Shown: positions 38,689 through 51,326 of the stretch, one piece after another | Layout: the number at the start of each line of letters is the position of its first letter | How positions within the stretch are numbered: position 1 is the stretch's first letter | Assembly (NCBI RefSeq): GCF_000315625.1 | Contig: NW_005434591.1 | Location: 183,895 to 247,894 of the forward strand | Direction of reading: 5' to 3' | DNA length: 64,000 bases | Source: Guillardia theta CCMP2712 | Taxonomy: Eukaryota; Protista; Cryptophyta | Notes under the pieces: generated by a model | Told to the model about the DNA's origin: nothing | The model's database searches: none | Seen by the model: only the letters and a program-made list of their open reading frames with translations | Made by a program: the position numbers and the translations under genes

Positions 38689-41607
38689 ATGATGCGGGTG
38701 GTATGTGCCATTCGTCTCGTAATGGTGTAAGTTTGCTCACGCGGTCGCAGACTTACTTGCTGTTCGGCTCGCTTGCCGTCTCGGTCCTCTGTCCTCTCTG
38801 TCCTCCTCAATGTTCTGATGGAAGGTGCCGGCAGGTTGTCTTGATGGCGATGCGCTCCAGTATGCTGGTACTTGTGTTGATGGAGCTCCTACATCCTCTG
38901 ACGTGTGATGACTGTCCAGGGGGACGGAGTGAAGGCAGCCCATGGGATTGAGGGACTAGGATACCTGGACGAGGTCGAACATGCATGGCGGTGGAGAGAG
39001 TCGTGTTTGCATTAATCTCAGTCGCAGGATACGATAGAGCTGATGCAGATTTCTATTCCCGGGTGCGATGAAGATCGCCTCCTCTGTTGTAGTATACTGA
39101 TGTTGCCCGTTTCATGACAGAAGCAGATTGCACGCTCATGAGCTCGACGGGCAGTTCAGCATCGCTGGTGGCAAAGGATCGATTCCTGAGTCAGCAGTGC
39201 ATGTGTCGGAGGTGCCTAAGGTTCACCAGCACGTGGTGCTTCCTCCGGGTACCAGTAGCTGATTCGTGCTCCTTGAGCTGATGGAAGAGCACAGGACACG
39301 GACTGAACTCTCCTCTGATCGTGGACCATGTTCACTTCGCCAATGAAGACATGCGCAGCGGTGTTGCTCTCTTGAAATGTGACGATGACGACTGAGCAGT
39401 TGGTCGACAGGATGGGCCAATGTGCATGCGTACGTCAACGGTGAGCTGGTGACCGGGCAAATTCGGCTGGTGTCTTGTCTTGCTGTGTCTTGCTGTACAT
39501 CTCAACTCGTTCAAAGGTGAAAAAGGCAAAGCCTGAAAGCAAACCTGACGTGTCTGCAATCACCGATGTCTTCAATAAGGTGTTGTTCTTATGGATGAGG
39601 AGAGTGTGTATGTCCGACAAGTTATGTAGGCTCTTGAAGATGCATTCTCCGAGGCCACAACAGAAAAAAGTGAAGAGGCGCCGGAGGAGGAGGAGGCTGA
39701 GCCAGAGGAGGAGCCGCAACAGGAGGAGGAGGAAACCTCGGAAGAGCAGGAAGAAGAAAAGCCACCGGAAGAGCAGGAAGAAGAAAAGCCACCGGAAGAG
39801 GAGAAGCAGGAGGAGGAGCAGCAGCAGCAGGAAGAGCAGGAGCAGAAGGAAGAGAAAAGCGAGGAGGTCAAAAACGAGGAGACGGCAGTGGGTAAGTTAT
39901 AGTCGCAGACTTTGCACAGAAAGTTCTCTCAAGTAACTTTGCGCTTCAATGCCAGAAACAACACCCGTTCCCTCCTCGACCACCGAGGAAACAAAGAACG
40001 AGACAGTCTCAGAGGAGAAGAAATGCCCTTCGAACGTCTACACTGTCAAAGGTTGCTGCTGCAAGTTCCCATTCGATTTCCAGGTCGGTCTTCCCAGAGC
40101 TCGAGCTTGCGAGGTTGACAGGTCTGCAGGGGAAGGAGTACGACAAGTGTATCGATGCCGGGCACCAGGTGCTTCAGTCTTCCTTTCCTCCGCACCCCGG
40201 TCATTCAGGTTGAACGCAGACGCCCTGGTGCTACGTGGAGGAGCAGGAGGAAGGATGCGGGGAGGAGTATGGCAGCCTCATCGTGCACGGGTTGCTGCTC
40301 TGCATGTAGCCGTGGCGTGCTTGTAAGAGTAGAACATGCAGGCATGGAAGACAAGACTTTGAGACTTTCACTCCGAGAAAAGTCAGCAAGATTAGAGACA
40401 AGAATCACTCGTTCGAGGTACTTGTTGTGTCCCTCCTCTCTTCAGAATCTAGGTCCACCATCACCTCCTCCTCACCCCTGCTCTCCCTCCTTCTCTTCGT
40501 CCTCCTGCTGCTCCTCCTTCTCCTCGCCCTCCTGCTCCTCCTTCTCCTCTCGCATCTACGAGTACTGAGCTCGCTTCCCCCAGGGAGGAGCGACTAGATG
40601 GTGGGACCATTGCGAGCCCCCCGAGGTGAGTCAGTCGCCGACAACTTGGAACGCTGAGGCCCCTCCAGGTTGTCACCCACTTGGGTTGTAAATGCAAATT
40701 TCCTTTCAAGTGGAAGGGGAAGGTGAGAAGAAGAGACCGGGGGACAAGCTGGAACTGATGTGTGTTATTAGGAACACAACATCTGCATCTGGGATGATCA
40801 TAACACACCCTGGTGTGAAGTAGAGGTAGGAAGATATTCTACCGTCATTGCTCTTTGATGATGCCCTCTCTCAGGGAGACGAATGCGGTGCTGGGCAATA
40901 CATCCATGTGCGAGATAGCAGGGAAGGAGGAGGAGAGGGCTGATACATTCGAGCAGAAGGGCCCTGAAGGAAAGTCGAAGCATCGCTGGGACAACTGCAT
41001 CATGCCGCCTCCTAAGTCAGAGCCTGGTCACCAGGTGCTTCTTCCTTCGACCCAGCGACCTTGTGAGCATGTTGCCTGCAGGAGGAGCAGATACCAATCC
41101 CAGCCAAGTTCAAACCTCGGCGAGAAGGTCAGCTCCTCCCTTGCATGCACTTAGCTCATCCTCGTCTGCTTGACAGGGCGACACTGCGGAGACACCAAGT
41201 CGCACTGGCTGGAGCCCTGGCACTTCAACTTCATGTGTGCGAGTGGCGTGTGCAACTTTCGCTGCAAGAATCCCATCTTCTGCCCCAACTGCGACAGTGA
41301 GAGAGGAAAGTTCGCCCTGCTCCTGCCGACTGACCTGCCTCCTCTAGATGGTAACTGTCAGTGTATCGATCCCAAACCCAGTGGCCAGACGTGCGGCGAC
41401 GGGACAAATCGACCGCCAGAGTAGGAGGATGCTGCCTGCATGCCGTGTGCTGACGTGTGATGAACAGATACTCGCACAACGAGTGCCTGAGCGGTCAGTG
41501 TAATTTTGACTGCATTCTATGCACAAACTGTAAGTTTTCATTGGCTGCGGGAGGAGGAGGTTGACGTGGGTGCTGCAGGTAACGGGGGGAACTGTAAATG
41601 TGAGTGA
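38689..41607 (+). CDS. Secreted or surface Cys-rich protein with two fibronectin type II-like domains and an acidic linker, multi-exon; start uncertain
   Basis: Repeat 1: TVKGCCCKFPFDFQ|GKEYDKC...RPWCYV. Repeat 2: THLGCKCKFPFKWKGK|EHNIC...TPWCEV...WDNC. A Cys-rich C-terminus ends NGGNCKCE*. Confidence 0.7.
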
Positions 41608-41904
41608 AGCAAAGGATGCCGGGCCCGGCCTCGCAACCGGGACATCATCTTCGAGTCAAGTGACTACACCGGGCTTATCAATGAAACTTGGCAACTACAT
41701 AACGTCCGAGTCATAGCTATGTCAACAATGTTAGGCTCCAATGACAGCTCCTGTGAGGCATCGGCGGCGTGACAGCTCTTATGGCAGCTCCTACAGGACG
41801 ACGAGGCCTGTGCTATGCTGCTGTACGGTGTGCTATTAGTTTGAGGCTATCGGGGGATGAGGGCGATGAGGCTGGTGATGAAACGGGATGAGGGCCCTTG
41901 GCAT

Positions 41905-44214
41905 CACGGGGGTAGAACTACTATGTTCGAATTGACAGGCGGGCCAACCCCTGGTCGGTGAATTAAACAGTACAAATAATTAGTTAAATACCCCCCCCCC
42001 CCCCGCTTCGCCTCCATGCGGTCTGTGTGGGGCGCTATGGCAGTTTTTTCAGGGGGTTCTGCATGCCATGGCAGGGTATCACAACAAAATTCAAATCCGA
42101 TTTTTGGCGGGCAAACCTGTGACCCCCCTCGCCATGGGCAAGCCGAAGGTGCGGAAGACCGAAACATGCCAATCATGCCAAAAACCAAGAAAGAAGGCCA
42201 GTGTTCGAAGATGGCAAGGTGTGCCTGTTTGCACAACTTGTGTACATTTATTCAAAACCCAAAAGGATGAGTGTGGTTCTAAGCGGATTTTGCTCTCGAA
42301 GTGGGATGATACCTTGGTTTTCAAGCTGTTGGATTTCTTGCAATGTCAAGATCATGCAACTTTGTCTTTGGAGTGTGAAGACAACAATCTTCTCACTTCA
42401 GCGACCCAGCATCTGAAGTTAAGTCTTCGTTCTGTATCCTTGTTTGAAGTCCAAAAGAAGCTAAAAGTCCTTGGAGATGTTTACGGACATACATCAGAAG
42501 GGTTTGCGAAATGCTTTCTCTACTGTTACACCAAGGTTTTCGAAAAACAAGCATCTGGAAATCCACATGCAGGAACCACTGCTATGTATGAGCATTTAAA
42601 TCGACTTCGTACACAGCTTGGTAATATGCACAGAAAGCATCGAACTCTTTTTTCCCGAATCGAAAAGTGGTCTACCTCACATTTCGAAGATTTGAATTCA
42701 TTACAATCCACGATTCACGATTACTTTTTGCGGTAAGTCTGTGATGTTGCTTTCTTCCCCTCTCTGTAGTGTGATCATTCTGCAGATATGCAAAATTGTC
42801 GGATGAGCATGTTGATCCATGTCCCCCAAAGAAGCACACCAAGGCAGACTCCGAGCTGTTCATTCAGACAGTTTGTGAAACGTTCAGAACCCTTGATGGC
42901 AACACCCGATGTGAAATCATCCGAAGGATTCTGAGTGAGCACGACTCTCTGTGTCAAGCACAAAAGAAAACATCGGAGCATGAGTTCTCTGCGATATGCA
43001 ATGTCGAAAGAGCAGTTTCAAACTTACATGCTTGTGGATTGCCAGATGTAGTTTCTGAATTGGTGATGTTTGCCAGTAATGATATCGACGCTTTCAGAAC
43101 AACACACAAAATCATGCCGTACTTGGTAATGGATTGGTGTCGTCAAAGTTTTAGAGCGAAAGATTCGAGGGGCATGAGATTCTCCCCGGAGATTATCAGT
43201 TTCGCATCAACACTCAAAAACCTTGGCAATGCGACAATGTTGCGGTTCCTGTCAGGGCCAGGGAACAAGTTTACAGACAATTTCCATTCTGATCAGGCTT
43301 TACATAACTTGCCTCTGCCATGCATCTCTACTCTTTGCAAGCATCAAAGTGCTGACATGAAAACACGAGATGTGAAAAGGTCAAGAATATGTAGCGAAAT
43401 TTTGGACAATTACAGCGAAATGATGAGTACTAACCTTGTAGATGGTATCCACGTGTTGGCGATGGACAAGACGATGATCAATGCTGGTTTTTGTAAAGAA
43501 TTCGAAGATTGCGAAGCAGATTTAGGCGGTGTCACTGAAAGAAAGATGGATTTGACGGAACGGCTTGCACCGCGAAAGGAACGTTTGGCACAGCTTTGTC
43601 TGGAAGGGACGACAGTTGCATCGATTCAGGAACGAGTCATAGCCTTGTTGACCGACGACTTGGAGAAAATTAATGAAAGGAAAGCAACGGCTGAACGGGA
43701 TTACAAGAAAATTCGAGACAAGTATGTCGCAAAAATGACGAGCAACAATGCTGTGGCGAGGTCAGACACGAGAAGAAATTCCTCCAATGAAGTCAGATGA
43801 CGGGGAAGCTGAGAACAGCACACATAAGAACAAGCGAAGACGAATTTATGCTAAATCAGCACAATGGGATGGAGGCCTCAATGGTAACATGCCCGGGTTT
43901 CGGGGATTACGTGACATTGCTGGTTGCAAGTCGAAAAAGAGGTATACGAAAAGTAGAAAACATTAAAAAGAGCGATAGTGACATCCGAATCATTGGTATC
44001 ATGAGATAGAACTCACATTTCTCTGATAGACTGTGAGGTTTTGACAATTGTCATCATCGCGCTTTTTGCTTTAATCACCCTTAAACCTGGTCGCGGCCTG
44101 GCTGCCATTGCGATTTCCTGCAAACTTACCCACCCCCTCCCCATCAACATACCCTCTATCATTGAGGGAAAGACACCGGTCCTAGACCCTTTTATCGCGA
44201 GTTCCACCCCCGTG
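41905..44214 (+). mobile_element. Cut-and-paste DNA transposon, probably internally deleted; 15-bp TIRs and 9-bp TSD
   Basis: Left end CACGGGGGTAGAACT (41905-41919) and right end AGTTCCACCCCCGTG (44200-44214) are 14/15 inverted. CCTTGGCAT is duplicated at 41896-41904 and 44215-44223. The interior is more AT-rich than the neighbouring genes. Confidence 0.85.
42068..43800 (+). CDS. Truncated transposase-like protein (CxxC..CxxC finger + P-element-clan-like N-terminal core), 2 exons; intron 42733-42785
   Basis: A CG|GTAAG...TGCAG|A splice joins the 222-aa and 334-aa ORFs in frame. Motifs: CQSC..CTTC, GMRFSPEIISFASTL...LRFLSGP...LPLPCISTL, IHVLAMDKT. The gene lies between the TIRs. Confidence 0.6.
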
Positions 44215-44628
44215 CCTTGGCATCGGATGGGGGCCCGGGGGATGAGGGGCCACGAAGTGATGAAGTTGGAGGGGTACCGGTCCTATGCCACAAGGTAGTG
44301 TACCTGGGGTGGGGTACTAAGTTTGTAGCAGTCTCAATTGGGGTGGAGGGGTGGGTCAGGACTACTAATGTGTAATAGCCCAATGGGGGTAGGGTGGTAC
44401 TCTACAAAATGTTTCGAGAGGAGATCGGTAAAGGGGGTGCAAAGTAGGGGAATGTGGGGGGTAGGGTAGTGTGGGGGATCATTCTGGTAGGATCCCGTAT
44501 AAAAACGATTTATTGCGAACCCTGCCACCCTGCCACCCCTACCCCCATTTATACCAACAACTACCCCTATCTACCTGTGCTGAGATCCCAGGGGGTACCA
44601 CCCCCAGGCCGTTCAGTGGCTATCGGCC

Positions 44629-44732
44629 ATGCCGCGGCGGAGAGCAACAGTCTTCGGGAGGAGACGGAAAGCGAGGAAGAAGGAGGAGGTGATACCAGCA
44701 AGCGAGACTTCGACGCAAGACGAAACAGAACA

Positions 44733-44779
<47 letters not shown>

Positions 44780-46647
44780 GCACAAATGCGAGAAGCGTAT
44801 GCAGAAACAGTTCAAGCTCCGAAGATATGGCAGACAGTGACGATTTCAAAGAATCGAATCGGGCAGGAACAAAGAGGCAAACAATAACACAACCAAGAGC
44901 TCGAGGACGGAAGAAGATGACCGCAACAACAATAAACACGATAAAAACACCAAGAAACTTGCAGGAACACAACAATATCAACGAACTGAAACTGAGGTTG
45001 GAGGAGAGGGAACGGCAACTTGCCCTGCGGGAGGTTTATCTTTTAGAATGGGAACGAAGACTGTGCAGAAGAAAACATGAGCTGGATGCAAGATTAGGTG
45101 AGAAATCTTGTGATGCCTGGTCGACAGCTGAAGCTGTGTTTTCCCTGCTAGGTGCCTCAAACCCCTTTGTAAAATTCCTCCACGCCCTTCAGGTTGCGAA
45201 AGTCAAAGTCATTGACGGGCAGAAGATTCTTCTCCTCAAGACGTCAATCGGTGGGATACAAGCAGCAGGAAACACAATCATCATCAGAAATGCTTGGACG
45301 AATCTATTCCAACTTGCATTCCATGGCCTGACTATTCCCAATGCTCAAAACCACAAAGTTCTCTTTCTGGGTAAGTCTGGATGTGGCAACTCATGGTTTG
45401 CGTACTTCTGGATCTGGAAGCTGCTAGACATGGCACAAAAGATCTTGTACCATGTTCATGACTCTTTCTATCTGATCAACAGGGATTCGGTTGAGATGAT
45501 TCCCAGTTGTGATCTTCACTACCTGGATGCAGATGTTTGGTACTTGTCGGATCCAAAACCCGGGCAGCAGCCGTTTTCGCCATGCAGTTGGAAGACAATC
45601 TTCTTCGGCAGCCTTGGTGTAAGCCCCTACAACTCTTTCCGCAGAACGTACACGTTGACATACTACATCCCCTGCTGGACTTGGCCTGAGATCTACTTCC
45701 TTGGGATTCATTGCTCGACCCAGTCACCCGAGAAGATACAGACGATCACTTGTGACTGGGGCAACGTTCCTCGATGTTTCGTGTCCGATCCCAAAGACTC
45801 TCTCAAGTACGAATGCGCCAAAGTGAAATGTCTGTCTTCCATGCTCGAAGATGTCGTGTCAGGCAAAGTCACGGACGACACCTTCCCGTTCTCCTTGTTG
45901 CAACTTCAACCCTCGCAGGACTACGACAAGATGATCTTCAACTTTGCTTCTCCTCGAGTGCAGGACCTTGTCTTCTTGGAGATGATCAGATGGAACCGGA
46001 GGAGCCTCCAAGACTTCTTGATCAAGGAGCCTCGTCCCTCGTTTGCCCTCTTGCGGTTCCAGTTGTTCGAGACTCTGACGCATCACTGGCTCCGGGGAGC
46101 TGGGCAGTGCAGAGCCTTGAGCCTTGAGCCTCGCTGCTCCTCCAGCAGAGGCCGAGCGAGGAGCTCACCGGGTCCGCATCCTGATACAGCAGTGACGCTG
46201 CCTTTCCAGTTCCAGGGCTACTTGAAGGAGACGCGCTCGTTCCGGTATGTTCCCAAGGAGACGATCAGGTCTGGGAAGTACATCCAAACGGGGATCAAAA
46301 CTGGAGATTTCTTTGACTCGTTTGCGTTCTCCGACGGATGTATCTTCTTCTTCAGCATCCTGATGCAGCCGGCTGAGGCGCTTGACCGACAGCAGGTTCG
46401 GTCCCTTACCCTCCAAGTCACTCAGAAACTTGGAAGAGTTCCGATCCGATTCGTCTTCGTCCTCCCGACTTTTGTGCATGAGAGTGTGAATAGCGTGTTT
46501 GGGTTGGATGCAGATGCCCGATCAGATGGTAAGGGATCACAAGGTCCAGGAGGTGATGGTTCAGATGTTGAATGCGAGCAGTTTGTGACAGAAATCGACG
46601 TGATTTCAGAGATTGAAAGGTTAGATTATGTACATGTGAGAAATTAG
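44629..46647 (+). CDS. Crinkler/RHS-type P-loop NTPase + restriction-endonuclease-fold protein, apparently degenerate; intronless
   Basis: IIIRNAW..VLFLGKSGCGNSWFAYFWIWKL..WYLSD..KTIFFGS..YYIPCWTWPEI..WGNVPR..FASPRV..LFETLTHHWL..FFDSF..FVFVLP follows the Crinkler NTPase+REase motif order. Confidence 0.7.
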
Positions 46648-46832
46648 ATCTGAGTGGTCGAGATATTGTGGACGGCCAGTCTAGTCAGGGCTGATACGGA
46701 AAAGCAAAGGCAATGGCTGTCTTTTCGAAGATTGACTCCACAAATTAGATAACAAGAACTCTTGCAATGACGTTCTTGATGACAAACGTAGTAAACCGAA
46801 ATCTAAATCTCTTTCTTCAAGGTTGTTAAATT

Positions 46833-49800
46833 CTACAGGCAAGTAATTCGCATCAGCTCGACAACAACGTTACAGGAGCATGCCGGCGTTGAACTTGGAG
46901 GAGGAGGGCTCGCTGATGGGTAAGAGCTTCTCCCTGCCGTACTCCTCTGCTTCCCGCATGTTTCTGGACTTGCTGTAAGACGTGGGGTAGAAAAGAGGCT
47001 CCGGAGGCTCCCAGTGACTTGCGTGCATGGCGACCCGGTGGAGGTTGAGGGCAAGGTAGTCCTGGCACCGATGCTCCTCGTAGGAGAAGGGATCCCCGTC
47101 TCCAACCTCCTCTTCCTCCTCCTGCACTCGACGCTCGTGGGTCCAGGTCTGGAGCTCGTTGCTGCGGTCTGTCGGGGGAGCAGGGAGGGAGGAGGAGGTT
47201 ACCTTGCTCGATGTGTCTGTGGTGTTGGGATGAATCACCTGAGAGGAGGTCCCTTGACTCTGCCAGTCGAAGACGCTGCTGGTGCTGGGCTGGAAGGAGG
47301 GGGAGGAGGAGGAGGACTTGAGTAGCGGCAGCGCCGTGTCCTCTTGCTCCTCGAACATGCGGATCAAACTCTTGGTGGAGGAGAAGAGGTCGGAGACGAA
47401 GAGCTCTGCCTTGTACTTTGCCTCCGAGTCCTGCGGGCGGGTGGGGCTGGACAAGAGGGAGGAGGGAGGAGGAGGCAGAGTGGAGGAGCTTGTCCTGCCT
47501 CGCTTGCCCACGTCTCTGACAGTCCTCTGGAGGACGATGTGGAGCGTCTGACACGCAGACTTGCTGTAGATGCTCAGCATGACCATGCTGTTCATGGGCC
47601 CCACCAGGTGAGCAAGAAGCTCTGCCGGAGTTGCTCCTTCCACCGACCAGTTGTCAATGGCGACCAGCTCGTCTCCGACGCTGATCATGCCGCAGGTGGC
47701 AGCGGGCCCGCTGTCGTTCATGCCGACGACGAGGAAGACCTCGTGGTCGTGATAGCTCTGCTGCTGGATCGAGATCCCAACCCCCGCCACCTCTGACATG
47801 TCTGCTGCCTTCTCCTTCTCCTTCTCCTTCTCCTTCTTGTGCTGCTGCTGTGGCGGCGCCTCCTCCTGAGGCTCCTGGGGCTGCAGTTGTTGGGGCTCCG
47901 ACTGGTCGGAGGGAGTTGCAAGAGCGTCGGAGAGCTCGTGGAAGAGGCTCTTGCTCGTCGACTGCTGGCGCCCGCTGGTGCTCGCAGAGAGGAGGGAGCC
48001 ATACGAATCTGTCGACAAGTTCGCCATGATGCGCATGGAACGGATGAACTCATTGGAGGGAGGAGCGGCCTCGAGCTCCTCCTTGCTCTCCCTGTGGATG
48101 GTGATGCGAGGAGCTGTCCTGCCCGGCAGGATGATGTCCTTCCTCGGAACCTGCTTCTCTACCTCCTTCCTTGGGGGAACCGGCTCCCTCACGAGCTCGG
48201 CCGTCACCCACACGCTTCCTCCTACGTGACTCATGTCCTTGGGTGAGAGATGGGAGACCGCTGGTGCCGCTTGCTCAGGGGAGGAGGAGAAGGGGACGGG
48301 AGGCGGGTAGGGATAAAGAGGTCCAGTCTGCAGTCCTGTTCGAACAGTACGTGGGGTCAAGCGGATGCAATGAGGAACGGGAGGAGAAGGGAGAGGAGGA
48401 GAAAGAAGGGTGGAGGAAGAGGAGGAGGAGAGGAGAAGGAGGGGTGGAGGAAGAGGAGTGTAGATCGATTACCTTGTTGTAAGGCGGGCTGGGTTCCGTA
48501 CATGTAGAAGCCTAACGATAAAGTAAGAGAGAGGGGAGAGGAGAGCGGAAGAGACCTTGGGGAAGCTGGGATGACAGGTCCTGCTGTATTGGAGGATAGA
48601 AGAACCCAGGCTGTGTTGCATACAAGGGTGAATAAAAAGGATACTGGACAGGAGGAGGAGGGTGGAGGACTGGCGAGGGGTGTTCGCCCATTTGCTGAAC
48701 TGGACCCCAGCTGGGGAGGTTTGCTGCAGGAGCAGGGGGGGGGAGCGGAGCTGGGAAAGTGCTGGGTGCAAGACGGAGGACGAGAGGCTGCTCTTCGGGT
48801 ATCTCCAGCTCCTTCGGTGACTCCTCCCCTTTGGCCAAAGGATGTTCCTCCTCCCTGCTCCTCTCCGAAGCCTTGTTCTCCTGCTCCTCCTCTTGCTCGA
48901 CCTTCAGGCTCGAATCTCCGGCAGGGGAGGTGACTCTGAGCTCCTCTGGTTTCTTCTTTCCCTTGATGGACCTCACGGCATACCTCTGGAACTTGATGCG
49001 CGTGGAGGGCACGAAGGAGAAAACAGGGTTGATCCTCGTCTCCAGCACAGGATCAGGGGCGGAGTCTCCTCGAGGAGAGATGGACTGCGGAGGAGGAGGA
49101 GGAAGCTCCTCCTCCTCCTCCTCGTGCTGCTGCTGCTGCTGCTGACGAGGCTCGTCGACATATCCAAGGATAGCCACCTTGAAGGCATTCCTGCACGTGG
49201 GTGACCTGCGGAGGGGGGACTTGTGGTCTCGTATCTGTTGCTCCAACTCCCTCACCACCTCCTCCGGGCTGCGCTCGTCCCTTCCCTTGATGGCGGGGAG
49301 GACCTGGAGCAGGAGGATGACGCTACCTGCGTACACGTCGACGACGAAGATGCGGGCAGGGAGAGCATTCAACGAGCGCGCGATCTCGTTGGTGGCCTGA
49401 AGGGGACGCGTCATGAAGGGAGGGGGAGGAGGAAGAAGGAGAGAACCTGTGCGGAGAAGGAGGCTTTGCGAACGGAGACAACTGAACCGCCGGAAATGAA
49501 GTCATCGAAGTCGTTGGTGAGGTGTAGCTCAACGTTGAGTGCTTTCCTTGGATCATAGCGAGGAGCAGGAGGAGCAGGAGGAGCAGGAGGAGCAGGAGCG
49601 AACGCCTTGCTCCGTTCCTCCTGGATCCGCACGTGCTGATGAGGCCTCGAGCTTACACGAGGAGAAGGCGGCTTGTCCCGAAGGGCATCGGACTGATCTT
49701 GGATCAAGAGGTCGACGAAGCTGTCGGCAGGGCCGGAGAGCAAGTCGTCGATCTCTCTGCTCTCCTTGCCGCCCACGTCTTGTCCGTCTATCTTCCTGAT

Positions 49801-51209
49801 GTAGTCTCCCACAGCAAGCACGCGACTCCTCGCTGCCGGAGAATCCGCAAGCAGCTCGTCGATAACCACGTCCTTTGTCTCCTTGTCCGCAAAGAAACCA
49901 AGACCAAGAGACCTGATGGAATTTCCGTTCCTGCTCCTCCTCAACCTCACCTGCTTGAACCCCATCGGCAGGCTATGGTCCTCTCTCTTACCTTCCCATC
50001 TCTGCTCCTCTCTCTTGTTCTCCAGCGTTCCGTGCTCCTTTCCCTTCTCTTGCCTCTTATCTTCGCCTCCTTGCTTCCCGACTCCCCGCCTTTCCTCTCT
50101 CCTCATCTCCGCCTGCTCCTGCACCCTCTTGTTGTGCGCCTCCTCTGCTTCCTTCATCTTCCTCTCCAGCTCCTCTCGGATCAGTCGGAAATCGACATAG
50201 GCGTCGACAGGGAGCCGCTGCGGCATACCCTCCGTCCCTGGCTGGGGAGTTTTGAGCAAAACACTCACCGACTGCTCGTCCAAGAAGTAGCTAGCGAACG
50301 CATGGTATGCGATTCTGTGCGAGCTGTTGGACGACCTCAGCATGTGATAGATGGCGAGCTCGACCGTCTCCTCCGAGCTCAGGTTCAACTTCTGCGCCAA
50401 GTAAGGATAGCACGCGAGGCCATAGCGGAGCTCGTCGGGCGTTATGCTTCCCCGCCTCTTGCTGTCCAACAGCTGGAACGCCTTGCTAGCCTCCGCTGAG
50501 CTCAGTCTCGGCACTTCTGCCATGGAAGTGTGGGGCAGGGAGAGGCTCATGGACATCGGCTCTGCCTCCGACTGCCAGGAGAGTGGGGGAGGAGCAGTCA
50601 GGTACAAGGCAAGTGACCCATCACAGCAAACCTGCATGTTGAAGTCGTCCGCTTCCTCCTCCGACGACTCGTCCCCGAACTTGGAAAGGCTGTCGTCTCC
50701 CTCACTGTCGCTGAGGGACTCAAGGACTCCATCCCAGTCCTCTTTCCCGTAGCTTCCCTTCCTCACCAGAAGGGCGCGGAGTAAGCTCTGTAGCTTGCAC
50801 GCTGCTGCTTTCTTCCTGAGCAGACCTCTCTGAAGGAGCGTTCGCTTCACGAAGGCAGACAGCGGGGAACGTTTGAGCTCAGCTGCCAGCAGCTGATCTC
50901 GCAGGAGTTGAGCAGTATGGAGTTGGCGCTTAAGCTGCTGTAGCTTCTCCCGCCTATCACCACAGTCACCGACAGGAAGAATACCGTTCACTCTTTCTCG
51001 CGCTCTCACCAAGTCCAGAACCTAGAATGGTAGATCTTCCGGCGTGCAAAACTTTGCATCTGAATTGCTGCTGACGTTCTCATCTTTTCGAAGTCTTCTG
51101 TGCTGGTTGTTTCCATGATTCTTTCTAGCGGTTTCTTGCGCGAGTACGCGCTGGTTTCAGGAGCTGAGAAAGGAGCGTTGATGAAGTGGACATGGGTGTA
51201 CGACCCCAT
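46833..51209 (-). CDS. Large scaffold protein: IQ motifs, EF-hand-like motif, two PDZ domains; multi-exon
   Basis: IQ: AAIQMQSFARRK and AACKLQSLLR. EF-hand-like: AFQLLDSKRRGSITPDEL. PDZ1: SLGLGF..DSPAARSRVLAVGDYIRKIDG. PDZ2: GVGISI..GPAATCGMISVGDELVAID. Exon joining is inferred. Confidence 0.7.
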
Positions 51210-51326
51210 CTCTCATGCAACCTGCCATTCGCACGCTGGTCAGAACTGAATTAGCTAATGGCAATCGTTTACATCTACAACTGCTACCTCTGCTACTAGG
51301 AGCATATCAAGACATGGCGCGTATCA

